The position numbers and the translations under genes are program-made. From Phaeosaccion multiseriatum (taxonomy: Eukaryota; Protista; Ochrophyta, other classes): DNA of 64,000 bases. Under the pieces are notes generated by a model that made no database searches, was not told the origin of the DNA, and saw only the letters and a list, made by a program, of their open reading frames with translations. Position 1 is the stretch's first letter, and every line of letters begins with the position of its first letter. Below are positions 40,399-51,258 of the stretch, piece after piece. The stretch lies in NCBI GenBank assembly GCA_965112735.1, contig OZ218964.1, forward strand, positions 496,001 through 560,000. The letters are read 5' to 3'.

Positions 40399-41554
40399 CT
40401 CGTTTCGCCAGCGTCGATCGTCGTCCCACGACCCCCCCTCTGTCTTTCCCATCGCTATCTTTCCCGGCGTCTCCATCTTCCTCTCTCTCCCGCCTTCTCC
40501 TTCTCTCTGGCGCTCTGTCTCTCTCTCTGAAGTGGTGCCAGGGAGCTGACTCCCCTGCTCTGAGGCTTGCAGCAGCGCAAGCGAGAAGGAGGTAGGCCAG
40601 GACAGCGCTTATCCCGTCCGTTGGTTCTCCGCCTACTTTTGGCGAAGGAGTGTTCCGCCGCTTTGCGCGGCGCTGGAGGCGTCCCGGGGGTGGAGGAGCT
40701 GCGATGGCGGCTCCGTTGATTCACCCCCCCCTCGGAAGGAGCGCTCTCCCGCTGTGTGTGTATGTGTGTGTCTGAGGGAGGGAACTCGGGGCATCCCTCA
40801 GGGAGGGGCAGCAGACGAGCACAGCTCTTGGGCAGAACACAAGCGCAGCAGCTGGGCAGCTGCATCGGGCTTGGGGGACCGGGCGTACTGGCTGCGGTGT
40901 GGTGCCTTCGTCAGCGCTTCCCCTGTGCGAGGAGGGGCGCTTGGCTTCTCGCAGGCGGGCTGTCGCAATGTGTACCACCAACGTGGGCACGTGTGCGGGC
41001 ACTCCTCGACGTGCGGAGGACCTCTCTAGTCATCCTGCTTGTCGTCTTCTCGGCGACCCAACCCACTCATCTTCTTTCGGACAGTGACCACTACCACCGG
41101 TGCACCTTCAGAAGGCTCACATTCAGGCCAGACGTGATCCGTACTAAATGATTGATCGAGGTTGACGTCCTGTACAGCAGCGCGTTGACAGAGAGAGAGA
41201 GTTAATGTGTGCACATAGATAATGATCTACTCAGGTGCAAGCTTTGCCATGGGCTGCCTTCCTTCCTTCCTCCCTGGAGTGCCTCTTGTCTCTTGGGGGG
41301 GTTGGTGGACTGACTGTGGTCGCTGCTCTCTCTGTGCCAATCTGTTCGGGTTCTTCTTTTTCCACTCCTGCTCTCTCCATCTCTCCTCTGCTTTCTGCAA
41401 TCTCTCTCCAGCCCCCCCTACTCCCCCTCTCGCTCGCTTTCTCAGCTTGTGTATGTATATACGTGTGTTTTATGTTCACGTGTGTGCGTGAGTGATTTCT
41501 CACACATCCAGTGCCATCTGCACTGCCTAATAGTAGTAGTAGTAGTTCTGAGCA

Positions 41555-42145
41555 TTGGCAGCTGCCACCTTGCGAATCGAGCTCTTCTACGACGCAGCGA
41601 GTCCATGTAAGATCCTACGCCGCAGTACTCTCTCTCTCTCTCTCGCTCTCTCACTAGTCCCTTTAACGTCTCTCTCACCCTCCCCTTCCCCCTCTCCATC
41701 TCGCCCGGTCTCTCTCCCTTCCCCTTTCCCTCTCTTCTTTCCCCGTCTCCTTCTCTCTCTTGCTCTCTCTCTCTACCTTTCTCTCTCTCCCTCTCTCCCC
41801 CCCCCCCCTCTCTCTCTCCCTTTCCGTGTTTCCTTCTCTCTCCCTCTCCCACATCCTCTCTCGCTGTCCTCCTCCTTCCCCCCCTTTGCCTCCCACCATC
41901 ATATTTAGACACATGGCTTGCCTTCGAGACTCTTTTGCGGCAGCGCAACAAGGCGTGGAAGGGCACCACGATTGGGACACGGCCCTTCTACCTCGGGGGC
42001 GTCATGAAGGCCACAGGGTAAGTTTACGGGCTCACTAATGTCACAGACATTGCGTGTCGCCCTCGTTGGCCTTCCTCTCAGGCTACAACACCCCCTCCCC
42101 CTTTGTCTCAGGAACCGCCCCGGCTGCTGCTCTTCGAGTTTCTAG
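41555..42145 (+). pseudogene. Truncated or frameshifted glutathione S-transferase kappa / DsbA-like (HCCA isomerase) gene fragment
   Basis: Spliced reading LRIELFYDAASP|YTWLAFETLLRQRNKAWKGTTIGTRPFYLGGVMKAT|GNRP matches the GST-kappa N-terminal pattern ELFYD..SPY.WL.FE.L...RP...G.MK..GN.PP. No ATG (ATTGGCA instead), and a TAG follows shortly after GNRP. Confidence 0.65.
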
Positions 42146-42330
42146 CATCAAGTGGGGAGTTTTTGAGTGAGGTGCGCCTTGCCGAACGACGAGGCAGGGG
42201 AGGCCCCCAGAGCCCCGGGGAGAGGGTTGAAGGGGCAAACGTCCCCGAACGGGCTGGGGCCCGCATCGGTGCGCTCCGCCCCAGATTTTCCCGAACTTGT
42301 AACCGTCGGGGGGGGGGCAGAGCAGCTCCA

Positions 42331-44532
42331 TCACCCCACGGCCGCCCCCTTCTCGTCACGACGCAGAGACAGGCGCTGCATGTAAAGCTCGCAGCGGCCC
42401 TGATACGCGGCTTGCAGCGCAATGAGGCCCGGGTACAGGCCAGCGCAGGCCTCAGGCACAGACCGGTACTCCTTCAGCCTCTCCTGCACGCCCCTCTCCA
42501 GCAAGGCCAGGTGCTCCACAGGCACCTCCACCTCTCCTCCTTGCTTGGCAGGGCACAGCCAAAGGATGGAGGCGCCATCTCGGCTCTGCAGTAGACAGGG
42601 GTCAGGGCCGGGTGCGTAACGGCGGACGATGGCCTTATCGCCTTCGCTCGTGCCTCCCGAGTCCCCCCCCTCATCCTCCTGCGCTGTGGCTGTGGCTGTG
42701 GCTGAGGCTAGCGAGCGAGTGAGTCTCTTGGCGAGCAGAGTCAGCGTGCGAGGGGAGGGGCGGTACACCACGACCCCCCCGTCCTCTACCTCTGACACCG
42801 TCGTTCCGCCCAAGTGCACCACGTCTGCGGCTGCTCCACACTCGCGTTGCTCCAGCCCCTCCCCCTCTTGCTGTATCACCAACTTGTCCTCCTGCCGGGC
42901 CTCTCGGAGCATGTGGGAGAGCCGCGCGGGCACGTCGGGTGCGAGCAAGAGGGCACCACTCGGCACCACAGCCACGCTGCGCTCGTGAGCCACCACGCTG
43001 AGCAGAAGAGCCCACAGAGAGGACAGGGGAGAGGAGAGGGTGCTGGAGGAGGTGCCCTGGTACAAGGGCAGGCAGGACTGGCCTAGGACAAACAGCATGG
43101 TATCCTCGATGCGCTCGGAGGCGCACCCAAAGGCGACGTCCACGCCCCAGTGCGCTGCGGCGGCGTGCAGGCGAGCAGCTCCGGCCATTGCCTCTTCGTT
43201 TTGGACAAAGGCAAAGAGCAGTAGGGAGTCGGATGAGTCCCCACTCTCGTTTTTGCCACCGCCACCGCCCGCCCCTCCCCCCCCCCATTGCTGCTTCTGT
43301 GCCAAGTAGTCTCCCACCGGCCACCAAAACTCGTGCACCATTTCCGCCACGCGCTTGCCGAGAACGTTGCGCATGTGTCGCAGCAGGAAGCGGCCCACGC
43401 ACTCCTTGTCCTCCCCGCAGCCGCTTGGCTCCTTGGTGCCCCCCGGGAGCACCAGGGACACATCCCGACGCAGCAACCCGTGATCCTCATGCAAGGCCTC
43501 GTGGGCAAGCGCCAAAAACTCCGCATCGTCTTGCGTCTGTTCCTCTGCGGCTCCCAGGGGGAAGCGGAAGTGGCTGATGTGGGCATCTCCCTCCCCCAGC
43601 AGATTGAAGGCGTGTGTCTGGCGACAGGCTTCCTCCAGGAAGTCCCTCGGCGGGCGGTAGTCATACACGGCGTTGCGGTGGGTGGGAAGGGAGTCGACAC
43701 CGTCCTTTCCCCGATCCCTGTGCAGGCAAAGATAGTTGCCCAGCTCGATGCCGAAGTCCTTGGCACACGTGTAGCCCGCAGCCTCGAGGCTGGCCAGCAC
43801 CTCCCTGTGCTCCAGGCACTCCAAATGGCAGTGCTCGAACTCAAGCACCGCAGGGTAGGGCTGGAAGGGGGGGAGGAGGGGGGGGGGTATGAGATTCTCC
43901 TGCCGGCGCGAGGTGTTGGGGACCCGTCCTCGCCTCACCTCTTTATCGAGCCCCCTCACAGCACTCGCTGCCACTTCCAGAATCATGTGCACAATTTTGG
44001 CGTCGTAGCCCTCTGTGTCGACCTTGACGTACGACACATTCTCTGAGTCCAGCTGGTGCGCGTCCAGGAGAGTCTGGTAGGTAGTGCAGGGGACGCTGTG
44101 GCCGTGCCAGTGCGACTGCCAGCCCTGTGAGATTACCTCCCACTGAAGTCTCTGCGTGGAGGAGAGCCCCTTGGCCCAGAAGGGAAGGCCCCCGTCCCCC
44201 TCCTCCTTCTCGATCTTGTCTTCGTCGATGCTATACAGCACCCCTTGGCCGTTTTGCTCGCAGAGAAGCGAATGGACGAAGGAGTAGCCCTCGCGGTGGG
44301 GCAAGCGATTGAGGTAGGCCCGCTTTGGCTCCACAGAAATTCCTGTCCATTCGCGCTGCTCCAGGAACGTCTCGGCCAGGGTATCAAAGTCCGCAGTGCC
44401 AATCTCAATGAACACGCGAGCTGCAGAGCTCGCATAGAGCCGCGCGCCAGCGCTGAGCAGGACGAGCAGGATACGGCGCACACTTTTTTTTTCCATGGTC
44501 TCCCTCGCCTTCGCTGCGCTGCCTTCGCTCAC
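42331..44532 (-). CDS. FkbM (Methyltransf_21)-like methyltransferase-domain protein with N-terminal signal/TM and uncharacterised C-terminal region
   Basis: 733-aa ORF; VFIEIG..., WTGISVEP, VPCTTYQTLL, YVKVDTEGYDAKIV, LEFEH..L motifs. Start may be the ATG of MEKKS (~44496). Possible in-frame intron ~43862-43939. Confidence 0.75.
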   Translation of the reverse strand: MSEGSAAKARETMEKKSVRRILLVLLSAGARLYASSAARVFIEIGTADFDTLAETFLEQREWTGISVEPKRAYLNRLPHREGYSFVHSLLCEQNGQGVLYSIDEDKIEKEEGDGGLPFWAKGLSSTQRLQWEVISQGWQSHWHGHSVPCTTYQTLLDAHQLDSENVSYVKVDTEGYDAKIVHMILEVAASAVRGLDKEVRRGRVPNTSRRQENLIPPPLLPPFQPYPAVLEFEHCHLECLEHREVLASLEAAGYTCAKDFGIELGNYLCLHRDRGKDGVDSLPTHRNAVYDYRPPRDFLEEACRQTHAFNLLGEGDAHISHFRFPLGAAEEQTQDDAEFLALAHEALHEDHGLLRRDVSLVLPGGTKEPSGCGEDKECVGRFLLRHMRNVLGKRVAEMVHEFWWPVGDYLAQKQQWGGGGAGGGGGKNESGDSSDSLLLFAFVQNEEAMAGAARLHAAAAHWGVDVAFGCASERIEDTMLFVLGQSCLPLYQGTSSSTLSSPLSSLWALLLSVVAHERSVAVVPSGALLLAPDVPARLSHMLREARQEDKLVIQQEGEGLEQRECGAAADVVHLGGTTVSEVEDGGVVVYRPSPRTLTLLAKRLTRSLASATATATAQEDEGGDSGGTSEGDKAIVRRYAPGPDPCLLQSRDGASILWLCPAKQGGEVEVPVEHLALLERGVQERLKEYRSVPEACAGLYPGLIALQAAYQGRCELYMQRLSLRRDEKGAAVG

Positions 44533-44966
44533 TCCTACCGTTCCATCCCTTCTTAGAGTAAGGTCGCTGGTGTCATCGTCTCACCACCTCCTTGGTAAAG
44601 GGAGGAGGGAATTTACGGATTTACGGCAAAGTATCGATGTGGATTGTGCCTTGCCGGTTGGGGGGATCTCAGTAAGTCATTAATTGATTATTCTGCCCAT
44701 ACACCTTTTCTTCAAAGCCTCTCTGTCTCCCCTCTCTCCATCGCGTGTAAATACCTCTCTCTCGTGCTCTCTTGACTCTCTTACAATTCTCTTTCTCTCT
44801 CTTAGCCTCTGTCTGTCTCTCTCTTTCTCTCGATCGCCCCCTGCGCTCCTCTCTCTGAGTCCGACTTCTCCTCCCTTATTCTTGAGAACCACCACTGGAG
44901 GAGGAGGACCATAGGAGAAGCTGCGGGCAGAGGCAGCATCGGGGAGGAAGGAGCCAAGCAGGCAGG

Positions 44967-46553
44967 ATGAAGGAGCGGAATGCAATAAATCCGTCGGAAA
45001 TCAAAAACAAGATACGGCGACGGGAGCTGCACAAGAAGCAGAAGGTATAGAGGGTAGAGTGTTTAGAGCCGTCGTTGCTGGGGTACTCGGCACTCGTGCG
45101 TCGTGCTAACCACGCAAATGCTTATCCCGAACATCAAACAGACTGAGAAGAGCCAAGCAAAGAGGGACAGGCGGAAGAAAGCGAAGGAGGTAGAGGAGCT
45201 GGGGGAAGACGCCCCTCAAAAAAAACAAGTAAGACCTTCCAGATGCTCCAGAGCCCAAACGACGGAGCTGATTTTCATGCCTGCCCTACTGGCACTTGCG
45301 CCGGTCTGCTGCTCACATATCTGTCCCCACCCAACCCCCTCCCCGTGCAGACCAAGACCCTCGAGAGCACCCGAGAGGCGGACGTGATGGTGGTGACAGC
45401 GGACGACGAGGAGGTGTTCGCGGACGAGGCTGGAGACGAATTTGCCAAATTTTGGAACAACGAGAGGTACGCGTGCCTATCCGTCTCTCTGTCTCTCTCC
45501 TTATTTTGTGAAGACCAGGAGCAGAGTAAATAAAGGCGAACCTCTTTAGGCCCTGCTGACGACATCCCCCCCGCCCCCGTGCAACGCTCGCCGTGCTTGC
45601 TTTGCCCAACCAACCCCTGGTCGGTCGGCCCTACAGAAATGCGAAGATCATGCTCACCACGCGGCCGCGGCCGTCGAAGGAGCTGTTTCTATTCATCAGC
45701 GACCTCGTCAACATGCTTCCCAACGCCTTCTACTACCCCAGAAGTGAGTGAGGCCCCTCTCACGAGCTGTGGCACGATCCATGCTCGCTCATCCTCCCCC
45801 TTTAGCCATCCGTCCATGCCGGTTCCACTTCTCCTCAACCTCGATGTATTCGCTCTCCCGTATGCCCGTGCTTGATTCATTCCAACAGAGACGTATACAG
45901 TGGCGCAAATCACCCAGTGGGCCACCAACAAGAACTTCACACATCTCTTTGTGCTCTCTGAAAAGAGCAAGGTAAGGCGTCAGGCAGTCCTTGGGGGGGA
46001 GGGGGGGCGTAAGCGAGTAAGCAAATGTGGCACTCCGGCCCCAGAAGCTGAGCCAGGATGCTGTTGAATGCGCTTCATACAACCTCGGATCCGTGACCTC
46101 CGCCCCATGTGCTTCTACTTTTGGGCCTCCTCTGCCTGTTTTGTTGGCGGCTGTGACCTCCTCCCCACCCAGGTGTGCAACGGCCTCATCGTGGGGGTGC
46201 TTCCCGAGGGCCCCACGGCCTTCTTCAAGATCTCAAACGTGGTGCCCTCTGCAGACATCAAGAACTCAGGTACATGCAAGCACATCCACATGCACCGACC
46301 GTCTCTGCCCCAGTGAGACACCTGTCGAGGAAGGGGCCGCTCGCTCCTCGGCAGCCCGCTCCATTCGACTCACGCTCTCCCCCGCCCTCCCCCACAGGCA
46401 AGCCAACGGGACACAAGCCAGAGATGATCCTGAACAACTTCAACACGCGCTTGGGCCACCGAGTCGGCCGAATGCTGGGGTAAGTATCTAAACAGTAGGG
46501 TAGGTGAAGGTGTGAGCCCCCATCGCGACCAAGAGTAGCGCAAGCCAGGACTT

Positions 46554-46591
<38 letters not shown>

Positions 46592-47241
46592 AGTGGCTGC
46601 CCTTGCCGTTCGCCCCCAGTGGAGCTCACCCGCTACCCCCCCCCGCACACTCGTCTGTGTTGGACGCAGGTCCATGTTCCCCCACGAGCCGCACTTCAAC
46701 GGGCGGCAAGTAGTGACTTTCCACAACCAGAGAGACTTCATCTTCGTGCGGCACCACAGATACATCTTCAGGTCCGTTGTCTGATGGGGTGCTATCTGTG
46801 GCCCACGGTCTCGTTCATGTTATAACACTACTGTGTGTGTGTTGTCGTGTCGGTGTGTGCACAGGGGCGACAAGAAGGCAGGCGACGGGAAGGCGTCCGG
46901 GAAGGGCACGAGGACGGCGCTACAGGTCAGCGGGTGCTTAAGGGCTCAGCTCGAGAGGGCTCAGCTCGAGAGGGCTCAGCTCGAGAGGGCTCAGCTCGAG
47001 TCTGGTGCTGTGGGGGGGGGTGGGGAGAGGTCCCCAGTGTCATACTTTCGAAGTAGTATTCTATTCAGAGACTCATCCCTCTTGCACGCTTTGGCTTTGG
47101 CTTTGGCAGGAGCTCGGGCCTCGCTTCACCATGAAGATGCGCTGGCTGCAGATGGGCACGTTCGACACCAAGTTCGGCGAGTACGAGTGGATCCACAAGA
47201 GGAAGGAGATGGACACCACCAGACGCACCTTCCACCTCTGA
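44967..47241 (+). CDS. RPF1: Ribosome production factor 1 (Brix domain, pre-60S biogenesis), ~10 exons
   Basis: [18 protein letters not shown]..., [71 protein letters not shown]|[33 protein letters not shown]. Confidence 0.95.
46951..47000. repeat. 15-bp tandem repeat (AGGGCTCAGCTCGAG)x3-4 in last RPF1 intron
   Basis: Directly visible. Confidence 0.75.
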
Positions 47242-48000
47242 GCCTCTCTCTCTCCACTTCTTGGCCGAGGAGGGGGGGGGCTGGACCGGCGCCGCGGTTG
47301 AGCTGGGAAGAAGGAATAAACCACAAATCTTAGTTAGTGGGCGTCAAATCTGAGTTGGCCTCCGCTTTTGCCACGGCCTCATTCACCATTTTCTCTCTCT
47401 GAGCTTGAGTTAGCTGGAGTTTGATAATGACTTAGCTGGAGGGAGCTTAAGCCCCCCAGTAAGCCAAGGATTGCTCCTTCTATCGCAACCATCTAGCAAC
47501 CATGAGAAGAAGAACTCTGAGCAGGAAGCTTTGGGCTGGGGCTACTCAAGGCCGTCCTCTGCACGGTCGATATCAAGGAGCTGAAGACGAAGGGATATGG
47601 TCCGCTGCACTACCTCGCCGATGCTGACAAGAGCAAGGACACACGCCGCTCGGAAGGGAAGGGCACGAGGATGTTGGAGGGTGTCAAGCTGCTGAAGGAG
47701 TGCGGACTAAACGGGAAAAAAACGAAGCAGTGAAGATGAAGATTGTGATGCGCCTGTAGTAGCGGTGCACAGAATCACGAATCACGCCTCCAGCGGCCAC
47801 CTTGTCGACACATTTCCCTGACTTATTATTACGCACTATGACGTCATTCACTGTCTTATTTCTAAGGCGCACCGCCCAGGATCACCGATCACGCCTGTAG
47901 CGGTGCACAACATCACAAATCACGCCTCCCTCAGAATCACGTCAGGGGTCGAATGCTGATGAGGCGCTGGCTGGTTGATGAACCACAGCTCAAATGCCAA

Positions 48001-49257
48001 TCACGAAGCCTTCTTTGGCGGGTCTATGCCTCGGTGGATCGAGAGCTGTTCAGGCATGGTCTTGGGAATCTCTGCGGGTTTCGTACCCTCTCCAGCCTTG
48101 ACGTAGACCTCCTCGTCCACAGGTCCCCAGACGTTGGTCTTCGACTCGTCTTCGAGTTCGATGCGGTACGGATTTCCATTGTCCCAGGTCTGGATCACCT
48201 TGCCCGGAGTATAGGCGCCCCCCACGTTTGCAAGCACTTTATCACCTACTTTGAATCGAAGCGTTTGCGAGCAGACGCAATCAAGGAAACCCTTGATGAG
48301 CGTGTCCTTATCGAGATCGCGACCGATGAAGACAAAGCAGTTTTCGCGCTCCTCACCGCTCCACGTAGCATCCGCAAAGCCACCTGCAAAGAGCATGCCT
48401 ACGCCCTGGAAAACAAACTTCTCATCCTTGCCAGCCACATTCAATACACCCTTGTACCGAAACAAGTCTGCGCCCATCGTCTGAATGATAGCGCCAATCC
48501 AGGACTGTAGCTTGTTGACGTTCAGGTGACCTGCAAACTTGACGCTGGTCGATGAAACTCGCGGATCGTGCTCGTGCTCCTGGTCGGTGTTGAGAAACTC
48601 TGGGTCCATCTCGAGAGTCTTCTTCACGTCGAATGCGCTGATGCCGATCAGTAGATTAGGATCAACCTTGCTCTGAAGCGTTCTCAAAATCTTCGCCTCG
48701 GTATTGTGCATACGCAAGCGCTTCTCAATAGCCTCAAGCTCTTTCTCATCGGTCACAAGATCCGTCTTGTTGAGCAGAATGCGGTCTGCAAACGCAACTT
48801 GTTCCTGGGCCTCGTTCTCAACGCCTTCGGGTTTCTCGTCGTCAAGGCGCGCGACAATGTGCTTCGCGTCAACGAGAGTGATGATGCCGTCCAACTTGTA
48901 GTGCTCCTGGATCCAGTCGTCGACGAAGAAAGTCTGTGCTACCGGAGCAGGGTCAGCCAGGCCAGTCGTCTCGATGATGACTGCGTCGAACTGTGAAACC
49001 TTGGACCACAAATTCTTAAGCGCCACGACCAAATCACCTCGTACGGTGCAGCAAATGCAGCCATTCATGACTTCGATGATCTCTTCCTCAGCATTTTCAG
49101 ACAGAATGCGCTCGTCCACACCGACTTCCCCAAACTCGTTCTCAATGATGGCGAAACGCAGACCGTGCGTCTTGTCTTCCAGAATATGGTTTAGGAGGGT
49201 TGTCTTACCCGCGCCAAGGAATCCAGTCAGGATAGTGACAGGCACTTGAGGTCTCAT
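48001..49257 (-). CDS. cobW: COG0523/CobW-family (G3E) metal-chaperone GTPase, intronless, with C-terminal extension
   Basis: PVTILTGFLGAGKTT, ENEFGEVGVD, NGCICCTVRGDL, IETTGLADPAPV, LLNKTDL, CobW_C (LFRYKGVL..FVFQGV..FVFIGR); extension LRFKVGDKVLANVG...; ATG at 49257. The symbol denotes the family, not proven orthology. Confidence 0.95.
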   Translation of the reverse strand: MRPQVPVTILTGFLGAGKTTLLNHILEDKTHGLRFAIIENEFGEVGVDERILSENAEEEIIEVMNGCICCTVRGDLVVALKNLWSKVSQFDAVIIETTGLADPAPVAQTFFVDDWIQEHYKLDGIITLVDAKHIVARLDDEKPEGVENEAQEQVAFADRILLNKTDLVTDEKELEAIEKRLRMHNTEAKILRTLQSKVDPNLLIGISAFDVKKTLEMDPEFLNTDQEHEHDPRVSSTSVKFAGHLNVNKLQSWIGAIIQTMGADLFRYKGVLNVAGKDEKFVFQGVGMLFAGGFADATWSGEERENCFVFIGRDLDKDTLIKGFLDCVCSQTLRFKVGDKVLANVGGAYTPGKVIQTWDNGNPYRIELEDESKTNVWGPVDEEVYVKAGEGTKPAEIPKTMPEQLSIHRGIDPPKKAS

Positions 49258-49953
49258 GCTTTTTGTTTTGTGTGAAGATCGGCAAGATCGTTTCACGTGC
49301 CACCACAAACCACTGCTGCAGTTTTTGATCGTTGTTTTTTTTTTTGCGTCAAGTTGGGCGCGTTGCGCGTTCTTGCGTGGGAGCGGTTCCGCGCCCGGAT
49401 GGGGTGGACATAAAACATAGAATATCGGGTGGGGGGCGGCCGGACGGACGGATGGGGAAGGAGGAAGATGCTCCTCGCGTTCACTGCGTCCCCCGACACC
49501 TAATATTACCTATATGCCTTCGTCTCAAGCGCTCTCTCTCTCAATCAATGAATACTTACACGTGTTTATTTTGTGTAAGGGGGGGTACATGCGATTTCCA
49601 GGGGGTGCCAAAGCAGGGCGGGCAGACGCGTCTGCCTCGCCCTTACTCCCATCCACCCCGTTGGATTCCCGATACTCCCACCAGTCCCCCCGGGCCGGGC
49701 GGGTGGGGAAACTTTTGCTGTCACTGCCGTCTCCTTCTACGCGGTGAACTGCTGGGCTGCCCCCTTCGCTGTCCTCCTCACCGCGCTGAGCTCTTCGGCA
49801 CTTGCTACAACTCTTGCGACGCTGGACTCGCGTCGCCTCGCTCCTCTTTGCACAGGAGTGATTGCTAAGTGCTGACTCCTTGTACCCCGGCGGGGTGAGC
49901 CTCGCCGTAGGCTGTTGGGCCTTCGCGTCAGTCCTTTTTCTCCTTTCATCTGC

Positions 49954-51258
49954 CTATTCTTCACTACTTGAAGACTCGTAAACTCGCTCTGCTCGAAAAA
50001 CTACCTTTGCCGCCCCCACGCGGAGAGATGATTTTTGGCGCAATACAAAGTTTTTGATCTGGTGCCATTTGGGCCTCATAAGCCAATAGCACATCGTACG
50101 CTTCTTTTCGGTGAGGAGCGGGTTCGCTGCTGCTGCTGCAAAAGCTGTTCCTCCTCCGCTGGCGGGGCCGGCAGCTTGCCCTGCTTGTCTCACCCATCCT
50201 GCCTGTCCGCTCTCTGGCCCGCCGCCCTGCCCCCCGCTTCCCCTTCCCCTCCCCCCCCTCCGCCCATGTCAGCGCTTTGGCCGTACCCAACACGGAGGTG
50301 CATCTTGTGTGCGCATGTGTCGCCGCGAGCGTGTCCCGCGTCCCTCTCGTAGAGCTCTCCCTCACCCCCCTCCTTCCTCTCCTCCTCCTCCTCCTCCTCC
50401 TCCTCCTCCTCCTTCTCCTCTCCGTCCTCCCCATCAAGGTCAAACTCGTCTGAGTCGTCCTCGAAAACGGTCTCTCTGACGGAACCGCGTAGCTCCCCTC
50501 CCCCCTCTGTCTCCCTGTCGCAACTCGTCGCCAACGGACGGAATATGAAACTGAGACGGAGGGGATGGACATGGCGATGGGTATCGGCTCTCGCTGAGCA
50601 CGGCGCTCTTGCCGAAGGGGCTAGTGTTATCTCTTCGCTCCTGCTCCTGCTTGAGGGCGTTCTCCCCCCGCGGACTCGCTGAACAGAAAAGCCTCTTCCG
50701 CCTCCGCGGCCATCGCTAGTGACGCTCGCTCTTCCTTCAGTCTCTGCTCTTCTTCTTCTTCTTCTTCTTCTTCTTCTGCTGCTGCTGCTGCTGCTGCTAC
50801 TTGCTCTTTCCTCTGTCTCTCCTTCTATGCTGCTGCTACTGCTGCCTGTCTCTCCGCCTCCGCCGCTATCCCCCTCTCCTCCTCCTCCGCCGCCGCTCTT
50901 CTCCTCTCCTCCTCGCCAAGTCCCGCTGGGCTGCAAACGATCTCACGAGCACCTGCGGCAGCAAAGCGAGGGGAAGGACAAACGTGAGGGGGGGTGGGGC
51001 TTTCCCCGGGGTTCCCGAGGGACGAAGGGCGTGAAGGGCGTGATGACTCACCTGCATGTCGGGGGCCTTGGGGCAGGGGGTGCGGGTGCCCAGGTTGGCG
51101 AGCGAGCAAGGAAGGGAAGCGACCCACGAGCACTGCATTGACTGTGTGGACATGCCTCTGGCTGAGCCGCGGAGGGAGCGAGCCGAGGGAACAAGTAAAG
51201 TGGGCTCTTGTTCTTCGTGGTTATATGTCCGTCTCTCTCCAGCTGCCATAGCTACTAT
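49954..51258 (-). CDS. Possible hypothetical low-complexity protein or gene remnant
   Basis: Splice-like sites (~51052 donor, ~50953 acceptor, ~50190 donor) and coding-looking stretches, but I could not join them into one frame; no domain. Confidence 0.25.

Noticed and set aside
40756-41151. Possible small gene between the DHHC gene and the GST-kappa relic
   Set aside because: No ATG start, no recognisable motif and no convincing splice structure.
47502-47700. Coding-looking fragment (..IKELKTKGYGPLHYLADADK..)
   Set aside because: Too short and frame-broken to assign; no supportable homology.
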